Assembly (NCBI GenBank): GCA_013265495.1
Contig: MU058045.1
Location: 62,001 to 112,679, forward strand
Length of the DNA stretch: 50,679 bases
From: Vicugna vicugna
Taxonomy: Eukaryota
Direction of reading: 5' to 3'
Position numbers and translations under genes: made by a program. Shown here one piece after another: positions 36,960 through 47,929 of the stretch; the stretch's first letter is position 1, and each line of letters opens with the position of its first letter. The notes beneath the pieces are model-generated. The model made no database searches and was not told the origin of the DNA. It was given only the letters and a program-made list of their open reading frames with translations.

Positions 36960-37116
36960 CTAGCTGTCCCTGCCCCGCTTTGTCTCGCAGACCCAGCGGT
37001 AGGGCCTCTGGCAGACGTCATCGTTCCAGCGGCCGTCGTCGGTGAAGTGCGCACAGTCCTCGCCTCCCCCGAGCCCGTGCCCGTACCAGTCGTCCGGCTG
37101 CTCTGGTCTCCAGTTC
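36960..37116 (-). CDS. ASGR1: ASGR1 last coding exon (CRD C-terminus)
   Basis: ctag|[58 protein letters not shown]. Contains the Gal-type QPD and WND motifs. Confidence 0.97.
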
Positions 37117-37255
37117 CTAGAGAGACCAGACGGATCCGGGCCCCAGGGGGCCAGACCTTCAGCCGATTGGAGGAGCGCCCGGCGGCCTGGGACCTGCCAG
37201 GCTGGGACGGTGGGGCACAAGCGGAGCCGAAAAGCTGCGGGACGCGCACACTCAC

Positions 37256-37362
37256 TTGAAGCCCGTCTCGTAGTCCGTCCCGTCTACCCATTTCCAGGGC
37301 CCGTTTTGGTCGGTGAGGCCCATCCAGGTGTTCACGGGGCCCATGTGGTGCTGGATAAATTT
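37256..37362 (-). CDS. ASGR1: ASGR1 CRD exon (107 nt)
   Basis: cag|[36 protein letters not shown]|gtgagt. Confidence 0.97.
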
Positions 37363-37437
37363 CTGGGGAGAGAGGAAGGGGTGGTGACCTCTCCTGAGAC
37401 CCGCCAGCCTCCCAGCTGAGCCCTCCCAGGCCCTCAC

Positions 37438-37589
37438 CTGCTCCTCCCAGGAGCCGACCACCACCAGGTGAGCGCTCTCCAGCTCGCAGTACTTCGCAGC
37501 CTCAGGCCAGGGCTTCCCAGAGCGGGAGAACCAGTAGCAGCTGCCTTCATAATCCATCCAGTTAACTGGGCAGCAGGTCCCTTCGGAGC
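37438..37589 (-). CDS. ASGR1: ASGR1 CRD exon (152 nt)
   Basis: cag|(G)[50 protein letters not shown]|gtgagg. Confidence 0.97.
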
Positions 37590-37683
37590 CTGGGAGGGGG
37601 AAGTGGGAGGGTGGGCAGAGGAAAGATGAGAGGTTGAGGGGAAGTGGTTAGGAAAAACAAGGCTGGGTGCCCCGCCTCCTCAC

Positions 37684-37770
37684 CGTTGCCCTGGAGGACA
37701 GCCAACTGACAGCTCAGGCTTCGCAGGTCAGCCACAAACTGTTTCACGTGGAGCAGCAAGCTGGAGTGAT
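37684..37770 (-). CDS. ASGR1: ASGR1 neck exon (87 nt)
   Basis: cag|[29 protein letters not shown](G)|gtgagg. Confidence 0.96.
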
Positions 37771-37990
37771 CTGGGGAAACACGGCAGAGGGGGAGTGGGG
37801 AAGAGAGTGGGGGAGGGAAAGGAAGTCCCTATGACCACTGGGGCCTGAGAAGGCTCTGTCATCTCTGTGCTAGGGGCCGAAGATCAATCAGAGATGCTCC
37901 TGCCACAAGGCTTCTTGGTTTGGCCTGAGAGACCCCTGCATCCTGGGCAAAGGCACACTCGCGCATGCGCACAAACGCTCCCTCGCTGAC

Positions 37991-38062
37991 CTTCACTCAG
38001 GTCCTGCTGCTGTTTCTCCAGCTGGGACTCCAGGGACTTCATCTTTTTGCCCACATTTCCTC
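37991..38062 (-). CDS. ASGR1: ASGR1 neck exon (72 nt)
   Basis: cag|[24 protein letters not shown]|gtcagc. Confidence 0.96.
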
Positions 38063-38144
38063 CTGGGAGAGAGACTTGTTTAGTGTCTCAAGGTCCCTAC
38101 ATTCCCAGCCGCGCCTCCCAGCTCTGCCCCCCAGCCCTCCTCAC

Positions 38145-38240
38145 CCTGGATGCTCAAGGCCTTGACCTGGGCATCTGTGCTCACTGTGAGATTGCTGAAC
38201 GTCTCTCTAAGGGCCCGCAGCTCCTCCTGCAGCTTGGAGT
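38145..38240 (-). CDS. ASGR1: ASGR1 neck exon (96 nt)
   Basis: cag|[32 protein letters not shown]|gtgagg. Contains the N-glycosylation sequon NLT. Confidence 0.96.
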
Positions 38241-38376
38241 CTGGGCAGAAGTTGTGAACAAGACAAAATCAGGAGGCTGTGTCCACCATCACAGCAGCCA
38301 GCCCTTCCGCAGCCACTTCCCCCACCCCAACCGCCAATATTGCTCCCTTCCCAGCCCATCCCCCCAGAGAACCCAC

Positions 38377-38493
38377 TTTGGGATCCGATCACACAGACAA
38401 CCACCAGCAGCAGGAGGCTAAGGCCCATGGAGAGCAGGAGCAGGCGGGGTCCCGAGCAGAGACGGCGAAAGAGTGATTGGGGAGGAGGCGGCC
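38377..38493 (-). CDS. ASGR1: ASGR1 transmembrane exon (117 nt)
   Basis: cag|[39 protein letters not shown]|gtgggt. Confidence 0.97.
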
Positions 38494-39172
38494 CTGCAAG
38501 AGGAGAGGGCGTCAGGGGCTCAGGGACAGAGGGGAGCCTAGGCCAGCTCTGAGGTCCTAGGAGCAGCCTGAGCCTCCTCTAGCAGACTAGGAGGAAACAT
38601 ACAGATTAAGAAATCTGGGCGGTAGGTGACCCGAAGAATCCCGAGGAAACTGGAGGTGGGAAACAGTGAGAAGTCTTGACCTGCTTTAGTCCTAACCAGG
38701 CCCTGGGCATTTGCTGACACCTAGTGGCCGAACTGAGTCACCGCATCACATGAGCTCAGCCTGGAGGATGGATTTGGCGAGCCAGAGGAGACCGCGGGGG
38801 CTGGGCAGCCTTGCAGGTGGGGCGAGAGAAGTGAGTTTCTTGCTCTCCCCATGAATCCCACTCCTCCTCGTTGGCTGGGCGCAGGGAGATGAGGCAGAGT
38901 AACTAGACTTCAGGTCCCTCAAGTTGCTCCCACCCGGGAGTCCTGTGAGCTGGAATATGGGGGCCTCGGCTCCATCCTTGCCAGCAGCCCTTTTCCCCAT
39001 TAAAGAAAACTGCCCACTCCCATCCGCCAAGAATGTCAACCCGGCGGCCCATACAGCATCCCTGCTGCCAGGAGAAAGGGGGGTTGTTTTTCGATGTAGA
39101 AAGACCTCATCCTCCCCTCAACCTTTTCACAGAAATCTTACCCCTCAACCAAACTCATCCCAGCACCTTGTG

Positions 39173-39232
39173 CACTCACACTCACACACTCATTCACACT
39201 CACATACACACACTCACACACATACTTACACA
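39173..39232. repeat. Degenerate (CA/CT)n tract in an ASGR1 intron
   Basis: cactcacactcacacactcattcacactcacatacacacactcacacacatacttacacac. Confidence 0.75.
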
Positions 39233-39565
39233 CTTGGCCAAGGCTCACAGGGTGTTGGAAGAGGAAAGGAGAAAGGGGTCTAACTTCCAGTTACTGCCAT
39301 GCCCCTGGGCACCCCCCTCCCCAGGGTCCTGAGAAGCAGGTGACAAGGCAAGGGACAGGAGGGTCATGCAGAAGCCTTGGGGCACGTGTCACCAAGAAAG
39401 GGAATCCAGCCCTACGCCCTGCATCTCCGCTAGGAGAGACGGCTCAGACGCCGCCGGGTCCTTGTAAGTGGGGCAGACCCAGAGAGAGGCTGGGGGCACA
39501 GAGAGGAACAGCAGCTGGGGCCACATAATCTTGCCTTTGAGAAATGGGGGGAGATGTCCCCTCAC

Positions 39566-39632
39566 CTTTTCTGTGTTGATGGTCATTCTCATCGTTGTCC
39601 AGATGCTGAAGATCTTGATATTCCTTTGTCAT
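39566..39632 (-). CDS. ASGR1: ASGR1 first coding exon (67 coding nt)
   Basis: ctaccATG: MTKEYQDLQHLDNDENDHQHRK(G)|gtgagg. A likely acceptor cccag|GTCCAG lies at 39650/39649. Confidence 0.97.
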
Positions 39633-39910
39633 GGTAGGGCCAGCTGGACCTGGGACCAAGTCAAGGCTGGGGTTAGGGGCTGAGGCTGGGGCTGAACGGA
39701 GTTGGGGTGTGGGGTCCAGTCCCTTTCAAAGTTATTGACAGCTATGTGGAGTCCTTCGTTTTTTCTCCCTTTCCCTCCCAGGATTGACATCCAGAATCTA
39801 TCTTCTGAAGATTTCCCACCCAGTCCCCACCCCTCCTGTCACAGCCCCCCCATCCCCTCCCCAACCTCACCCACCCCCAGTCGGTTCCCCTGCCTTTCTT
39901 CCCCTTTTAC

Positions 39911-40120
39911 TTGCTGAATGTCTTGAGGTTGACTCCTAGGTCCCTCAATGCTGCGCAGATCCCAGGCTAAGAGACAGGCCGAAGGCTGGAGGATTAGGGT
40001 GTGCAGACAGCCCTGGATGGTCAGGGGGAGGGGGTAGGGTCCCTTCGAGGGCCCTGAGCCCTGTACGTCTATGTGTCTGTGTGTCTGAGTGTCTATGTGT
40101 CCAAACACACCAAACTTGGC
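39911..40120 (-). other. ASGR1: Putative non-coding first exon (5'UTR) of ASGR1
   Basis: Donor-like CAGCAA|GTAAAA at 39911/39910, at the position paralogous to the ASGR2 donor at 996. The 5' end is approximate. Confidence 0.55.
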
Positions 40121-40130
40121 ATCTCCAGTG

Positions 40131-40460
40131 CCCAGGACTTTGGACGTAAACAGAGGTAGAAATGGATTTGGAACTCAGCGGGCGTGCGGGGGAGGGGGGG
40201 TGGGAGCGGGGGATGGGTTGCCTCTTCTTTCCTTCCCAGGCCCTGGGGAGTCTCCCGGTCTGTCCCTCATCCTCATCTCAGTCACGTCACTCCTCGAGGC
40301 CCGGTTTAGGGGGGAGAAGGCCAGGAGGGGCAGGGTGCATGTTGCTGTTTCCCCTCTGCCCCTCCCCCCTTTCACTTCCTGCCTCTGAATTTCCCAGAAT
40401 CGCTGGTGTCTCCAAATATCTCTGATCAGGATCAGAGGGGTCGATCTCCGCTCTTGCCCA
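40131..40460 (-). promoter_or_regulatory. ASGR1 proximal promoter: HNF4-type DR1 (40134-40146), FOXA motif (40146-40152), CRE-like TGACGTGA (40282-40289), EICE GGAAGTGAAA (40370-40379)
   Basis: The motifs are read directly, and the block is paralogous to 1154-1475. Confidence 0.7.
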
Positions 40461-40719
40461 ATCGGGCCTGTGACCCTGGCATATGAGCCTAGGCTCAGCT
40501 TTCTTGGGGTCAGCCCTCGGACTCTTCAGTTCCAAGCTGAGTGTCTCCACTCTCTGGGGAAGTAAAGTCCTCCGAGCTGAATGGGGGGCAGTCGGGGGAC
40601 AGGCAGGCCAGCTGGCTTTTCCCACTCAGCCAGGATTGGTGCCAGAAAAGCTCCGTGGACCCCTGTGTGCTTTTCATTCTTAACCTCCTCCCACTAGCCC
40701 CAGAGCACATCCTTGTTTG

Positions 40720-40840
40720 ATTCACAGGTAAGGAAACCCAGGCTCTGAAGGATAAGAGCTTACCCAGGGTCCCACTGCAAGGAACAGCAGAGGGAGGACT
40801 GGAACTCAGGCAGTTGGACTCCAGGGTCTGTGTGCTGCCC
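40720..40840 (-). mobile_element. MIR fragment
   Basis: acaggtaaggaaacccaggctctga ... gagggaggactggaactcaggcagttggactccag. Confidence 0.6.
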
Positions 40841-41864
40841 CCAGAACCAGATCGCATGCATCACCACAGCTGGGCCCTGCGGTCCCCGAAAGGCTGACAG
40901 TCGTCCTCACAGCACAGCCCCACGGCGGGTTCAGGGAGGGATGTGTTCAGAGAGGAGTGTGCGAATTGGAATTATGCTAAACTAGAAACTGGGCAATCTT
41001 AAAGACATTAATAAGATGTTAATAATTCTCACTTTAGGCCCCAAATGTGAAGTCACACAAATCCTATGTCACAGTTATTTCAGTGAGAAAACTAGACTTG
41101 AGTTATGAGCGTTTACATTATGTGAGATATTCAGGAACACGTTCCTCACATAAAATAAGCAGGCCTGGGGCGCCCTCACTGGTCTATTTCTTGAAAACCT
41201 CTGTTTTACTTGCATGCGCTGGGACCGTGGCCAGGAATTTTGGTGACTGTTGGGCTGTTAATTTGGCTTTTCCTCATATGCTCACTCACAATCTGGTTTA
41301 TTCAGACAAACACACCTACGCTGTTTCGGTCAGAAGTGGTCACCCTCACAGGAGCAGAGATGGGAAGGGAGCTTCCGGGCGATGGAAGCGCGCCACTTCT
41401 TGGTCTGGGCGTCGGTTTCAGGGGTGTGTTGTGTTCAGTTTGTAAAATGGCCGAAAGGTCTACACGTGATCTGTGCGTCCTTCTGTTCGCCTCTTACACT
41501 GGAATAAGATGTCCTTGAAAGCTGGTTCTACCCTGTAACCACGTTCCCGAACCCATTGATTAGGGAGCAGGGCTTGGACCAGTGCTGAAAAACACCCGAA
41601 GCCAACAGCTCTGACGTGGGAGTCACAGGTGATAAAACCCTGTGAAGAAAGCTAGACAAACCACACGGGACACTGAGTGGCTGATTTATAAGCCAGCCCC
41701 TTGTACAGTACCAGAGAGAATCCTCAGAAACCAGAACAGCCAAAAACAAAACTATGCACAATGGCGGTGGATGTATGCGCTCTGAGAATGCCTTACATTT
41801 AACCCTTTAAGAATATATACCTTGAATTACGCAAGGTCTTCAGAGACAGAGCACCGTGTGTTCA

Positions 41865-42335
41865 TTTTCTATTGCTAACTAACAGCACACCCCAAACTTA
41901 GTGGCTTAAAACAGTGCCCTTTTGTTAGCTCATGGCTCTGTAGGGCTGAAGTCCAAGCAGAACCCCAGCTGGGTTCCCTGCTCAGAGTCTCACAAAGCCA
42001 AGCTTGAGGTGCTGGCAGGACCACATTCATTTCTGGAGGCAAAGGAGAAGAATCTGCTTCTAAACTCACTCAGGTTGTTAACAGCACCCAGTTCCTCGCA
42101 GCTATAGGGCTGAGGTCCCCGTCTGCTTGCTGGCTGCCAGCCGGGGCAACCCTCTGTTCCTAGGAGCCGCCTGCCTTCCTCATTCCGCGGCCCTTCCATC
42201 TGCAAGGTCCAAGACAGTGCCTGAAATCTACCTTATGCTCCAGATCTCTCTGACTCCCCCTGTGCTTTTAAAGGGGCTCATGGGATTAGATTAGGCCATC
42301 CTGGATAATCTTCCTGTCCTAAGGTCAACTGGTTA
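41865..42335 (-). mobile_element. MLT1-type LTR
   Basis: ccccaaacttagtggcttaaaac ... agaatctgcttctaaactcactcaggttgtt ... gattagattaggccatcctggataatct. Confidence 0.75.
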
Positions 42336-43029
42336 CACAGCATACGCAGCTCTAGCATGGGAGTCAGGTGATAAAACCCTATGAAGAAAGCCAGACAAAC
42401 GACACAATACACTGGCTGTACAACACACACAGCCATCTGTGAGGTTCACTGTAGCATAACAATTGTGGGAGCGCTATCTCAGCATGTTCACAGGTGCCCC
42501 AGATGATGGTGTGGAATCTTGGGGGCCACTGTTAGAACTCTGCCTTTTCACACAAGGTGACCCTGTCCCCTCTGAGTACACCTGCCCTGGGGATACAGAG
42601 CATGTGCGGAGAGCAATTCAGAGAGGCTGGGCGCCAAACCCAGGAATCCCACCTCCAGGGCGATGGAGAAAGGTTCCCTGGAGAAGGCCTGTGATGCTGG
42701 CCTGGCAAAACAGGAAGGACTTTCTCAGTAGAAACAAGCAAGTGACTTTGGGAAGAGGAAAAAGTAGAGGGAGAGAAATACGCAGAGGTAACCTGGGCCA
42801 CCCTGAGAAGGGCCTGGAATCTCAGGGTGAGGCGTCTTGAATGTCATTCAGAAGCTCAGAGATCTCCAAAGTGGGGGGACATACGCCCCTGGGGGTCATA
42901 AGATCATCCATTAAATGTGGCAAGAAAACATTAGAACCTTTCTTATATACATGTTTATCCCTCTTCTTTAGGTTTCTGCTTGGGGATCTGTTTTATAATG
43001 TACCTGATAGAATTGCACAGTGGTACCTA

Positions 43030-43540
43030 TGTATCAGTGACCTACTGCTGTAAAATGATCACGCCCGAACTGAGCAACTTAAAACAAGGAATATTCATCA
43101 TCTCACGTAGTTTCTGAGAGTTGGGAATCTTGGTGCAGCTGAGCCGGTTGGTTCTGCTTCAGAGTCTCCCAGGAGGCTGCAGTCAGGATGTCAGGCGGGG
43201 CTACATTCATATGAGGACTTGACCGAGGCTGGAGGACCGGCCTCCAAGGTGACTCACTCACATGGTGGGCAAGTTAGGGCTGGCTGTTGGCAGGAGGCCT
43301 CAGCTCCTCACCACATGGGCGCCTCCACAGGGCTGCTTGAGTGTCCTCACAGCATGGTGGCTGGCTTCCCCCAGAGCAAGGGATCCAGAGCACAAGAGCA
43401 CAAGACAGATTTCCTTTACGACCTGGCATCAGAAGTATGGCTCCATCACCTCCACAAAATCCTAGTGGTTACTCAGTGTGGCAGTGTGAACACCAGGGAG
43501 TGAGAATAATCAGGGTCCCTCTGGAAGGCTGGCTACCACC
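43030..43540 (-). mobile_element. MLT1F/G-type LTR, apparently nested in an older hAT-like element (~42860-43620)
   Basis: gactcactcacatggtgggcaagtt ... ggctgcttgagtgtcctcacagcatggtggctggcttcccccagagc. Confidence 0.7.
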
Positions 43541-44429
43541 ACATGGGTAAAATTATTAGGTGAGTGAATATATATTGGGGGACACGCACCCCAAAACATT
43601 TTACTGCTGAACAACACCTAAGTTACAGATTGTGACTACAGACTACAGGGGCCCCTGAAGAGTTGTTGGCAGGGCAGTGGTGAGGTCAGGTCTGTAAGCT
43701 GAACAATGGTCTGGCTTTGGGGTGGGTAATGGGTCGGAGGTGGGTCACTGAGAGGCAGGGAGCTCGGTCAGGAGGCTGCTGAGTTGGTCCCAGTGAGAAA
43801 GCGAAGCTTGAGGCCAGAGAGGGCAGGTCACATGGGCAGAACTTCGCAGAGGAATGTAGTGAACCTGGTGGCGGCCGCACATGTGGCGAAGAAAGGGATG
43901 GGAAGGGGGCGGTGGAGAGCAGTGTACCTGGCCAGGGTCCAGAAGGCTCCTGGAGACCTCAGAGACTTCTGGGCTGGTGACACTGAAGGCAGAGTCATGG
44001 GTGTGGCCCAGGTGTGACAAAGTGCCATGTGATGAGGACACAGTGGAAAGAAAGCAGCCCAGGACGGAGTTCCTGCCCGTGGGAGAAGGAGAGGAGCCTC
44101 AAAACCACCGCAAGTTATACAAGCTGTAAAGTGGGTGTGACCCTCAGGGTCAACTCTGGGGACCTGAGCACCAGATTGAAAAAAGATGGTCAAGGAGAAA
44201 GGGTGCTGGGGCTGCTATCAGGGTGAGGCAAGAGGGAAGTGCTCTTCAGGCAGGTGGAGGGGGAGGCCTGGGCAGTTGAGGAACAGAGCAGGGTTGGGTG
44301 GACAGAGGTGGGCACATGCATGCTGTGAAGGAAGGATGCTGATGACTGGAGATCCCCAGGAAGGATGTTAAGGCAGGGGAAAGATGGTGCAGCAGAAAGA
44401 ACCTGAAGGCCGCTGTCACACAGATGTGA

Positions 44430-44560
44430 GTTCACCTTCTCTGGAAAGTGGGTTTAATGCCCATCTCAGACAGTTATGTCAAGGTTAAATGAGCTAACGA
44501 GGGAAAAGCACTTAGCACAGTGCCTGGCACACACCAAGTGCTCTGCGCATGCCAGCTACT
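44430..44560 (+). mobile_element. MIR 3' fragment
   Basis: ttaaatgagctaa ... aaagcacttagcacagtgcctggcacac. Confidence 0.65.
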
Positions 44561-45529
44561 TCTAGCCTCATCACTTACAGCTCAGCCAGGAGCTGAGTCA
44601 GACCTCCAGGGCCTCAGCATGGCGGGAAAAGGGGAAGGTTGGGTCAGGAGAACAGAGCACGTCTCTCCCCAAATCCCAGAGTGTGGTCAGCAACTTCCCC
44701 AGGACAGAATCGGGGCCTTGGGGCATCATCTGAGTTAAGACAGTCCCCTCCCCTCCTATGGAGGAAACCTGAGTTCTGAGTCCCCGCAGGCCTTGCCCAC
44801 ACCTCTCAGAGCACTTTCAACCTCATGTTTGGACTAAGCCTGCCTCCCCTCCTGCCCCAGACCCAGAGGACTGGGACTACACCTCATGCCTCTCGGCACC
44901 CTCCGGGCTGCAGAGCCGCAGACCCAGCAGACCTTGAGAAGAGGCGACTGAACAAATGAGCAGAGGGGCAAAGAAGAGGCTCAGTGCTGACCTTTCAAAG
45001 AGGGTGACTTATGGCTCCCTAGATCTAGCGGCTGGCTTGGGCTTGGGTGGAGATGGGGCAGGAGAGGTTAAGGAGATGCACTCGGGCTGGAAGGCTCAGA
45101 ACAACAAGCGGCAGCAAAGAAAAGAGGGGGCTCTGAGCAGGAAGGAAGGGGCGACTGTGCACAAGTTCAAAATGTGAACCATAAACTCACCCAAGGGCTT
45201 CAACATCCCCTCCCTGGGGCTGGGCAAGAACTTGCCTGCGGAGTGGGCAGGGCCAGAGCACCCCCACCCCATCTCCCGTAGGCTTTCTCCATCCTGGCTC
45301 TCTCCTCCTCAGATCCACGGTCTCCACCCAGGCACACCCAGCTTTTCGGTGCTGGGACACCCGGGATCCTGTGACCCAGGACCTCCTCTTTCCTACTTTG
45401 ACTTAGAGGGTGAAAATCTTAGAAAACTATAAAACTCCAAATGTTTCCAAGTTTTATTTAACCCTCAAGTTTCCCCAATAACGGAGAACAGATCAATCAA
45501 GAGGCCAGAAGCAATCATCACTACCACTT

Positions 45530-45670
45530 TCTAACGAGTACTGAGCAGTGTGTCAAAGGCTTTATGTGTATTTTCCCCTTTATTTCTCATAAGAATCCAG
45601 CCAGGCAGGTAGCTATTATTCCCATTTAACAGCTAGGGAAACTGAGGCTCAGAGAAGTTAAACTCTGCCC
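45530..45670 (-). mobile_element. MIR fragment
   Basis: attattcccatttaacagctagggaaactgaggctcagagaagttaa. Confidence 0.7.
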
Positions 45671-47929
45671 AGTAACAGAAACACATCTCTCACCTTAACC
45701 TCACAACCACCTCCTACCTGGCTCTCTACTGCCCCCTAGTGTACCTTCTCCATCAGCACCTGTGGCGCCAGGGTCGCTCCCCAATTCCAGCCCAACAGGA
45801 CTTATCACGGCATCTGTAACATCCACAGAAGGTCCTGTGGCCTTGCTGATTTCTCTGAACCAACTGTTCATCTCCCTCCCCCAACCCTGCCCGACTCCCG
45901 TGACCTTCTGTCCACCCACATTACAAACTTCCTACTACTTTGCTTCCGTCTCTACCTAGGACACTCCCCCACCCCAGGCTTCCACATTTCTCAGGTCTCA
46001 GCTCAAATGTTGCTCCAAGAAGAGGCTCCCCTGCCCAGCCTAGCAAGGACTCACACCCAGCGGTCACTTTCTTTTCTCAGTCGCAGCATCATTATTTTAA
46101 ATTACCTGCATACCTTTACTTCCTACCGTCTGCTGCCCCACTGGGTGGACCCCAAGTTCCCTGAGCACAGGGATTACATTCCCAGCATTTCACACACTGC
46201 CTGGCACCAAGGACGATCAAAATAAGCATTGGTTGAAAGAAACAGAGGCAGGTGGGGAAGAGGAGTCAGGCTTTGAACCCCAGTCTGTGTGGGAAGCCAG
46301 TGAGCCTCTCCACTCAAGCATGCACGGACTCCTTAAACAGCCAGGGAAGAGCTCTTTATAGATTTGGAAGGCCACATCCCAAACTGCTAACATGCTTCCC
46401 TGTAAGGAGTATGTGGAACGAAATGGGGAAGGAACTTTTTTTAACCATATGTATTTCTATATTTATTTGAATCCTTGTAAGGTACATGTATTACTTTTGT
46501 AATCTAAAACGTAATGCATGCAGAACCAGGGGATTTTACCCCCTCTCGGTGAACTCTCCTTAACCCCTTAGCTCCAGACGCGTTACCTGCACACACCTTC
46601 CTCGGCTCACAGCTTTCTCCCTTCAGCCAATGGCAGAGAATGTGAGCACAGCCTCAAACCATTTGCTCCTACGTAGGCAGAACCAAGCTAAAAGAAGGGA
46701 TATCGGAAAAACATCCTGGGAAGTGGTGCTTCTCCACCCAGCAAGACATCAGAACCGCCAGGGAGGTTTCCTGAAAGGCAGGTCCCTGGGCTCCACCCCC
46801 AGGATTGGGCTCCGCAGGGCAATCCAGAGATGACCACTGGATTAAGGGGCCCACCTCTGGGGACCCCAGCCTCTAGCCTTGGAGTAGGTCAGGCCTGGGC
46901 AGCCACGCCCTCCCTGGAACGCTGCCCCTGCAGGGGGTGGTCTTTTGCATCCAACTCTCAACTTCTGTCAGGAGGTGGCTACAAAAACTGCCCTTCTGCA
47001 CAGTTCAGGACTTAACCGATCAGCACCTCAGCCTTCCTCCCTGGGGGCCCTGAGTAGGAGAGAGAAAGGAGTGGGACCAACCCCAGCTGATGGCAGCCAC
47101 GGCTCATCGATGCTACAACCGAGGCCTGCAAGAGGGGAACCTATCAAGCACACGATCAGCAGCAGAAGGAAAGCTGAGAACCTGTATTCCACAGAGCAGC
47201 ATCTGAGAAGCTTCAGGTAGGACTTAGGGCCACAAAAACCTGACTCCCTAAAAGAACCAGAAGTTTTCCTCCTTCATAATAATACATAATACTATTTACA
47301 TGTGTATGTACATATCCACATACATAAAATGGGCCATTTCCCTTTTTCCCCTGACTACCAGGAAGCTCAGAAATCATATTTACCCTCATAGCTACTGCAT
47401 CTGTTTCTCCAATTTTTATCTTTGGAAAATGGAGTCCTGTTTTCCTACCCTTATTATTTGCAAAACTGTTTCAAATATTTCCTATAGAGATGGGGCAGAC
47501 ATAAAGAAATCCAAGCATTTCTTATCAGCAAACCTCTGTAAAGGTCATTGCCAGAGCCCAGCTCTGTCCACAAACTTCATGAATGTGAACAAAGAAACTG
47601 TCCTCTATTTTCCTTTAGAGACCATTGTACTGCCTGACAGGACTGAGATGGCCCGGGGGAGTAATCAGGGCTGGGCTACATTTGCAGGTGCTCTTTCTGG
47701 GTCTGTCAGTGACCTTGGCCCAAGCGCCAGCCCCACAGCTAGCCCAGGCCCATCCTTCACCACCAACTCTGGAGCCTTGATTTGCAGGTTCCCGCCAAGG
47801 CCCCTCTTGGGCCACTCTATCCTGCCTGGGGTCAGGTAAAGAAGGATCTGACTTTACCAGATCTATTCCTATGCTCCCACCCTGTCTCCCTCCTTGCCCG
47901 GGTCCCAAATAACCAGGCCACACACCAGG

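Larger units (their letters stand above)
36960..39632 (-). other. ASGR1: ASGR1 complete coding span: 8 coding exons of 67+117+96+72+87+152+107+157 = 855 nt, 284 aa type II C-type lectin
   Basis: All introns are GT-AG and the phases join in frame. Features present: YQDL endocytosis motif, TM helix, coiled neck, and a CRD with QPD, glycine-rich loop and WND. Confidence 0.97.

Noticed and set aside
47300..47839. 179-aa plus-strand ORF antisense to the DLG4 downstream region
   Set aside because: No recognisable family, and the composition changes abruptly mid-ORF. No support for coding function from sequence alone.
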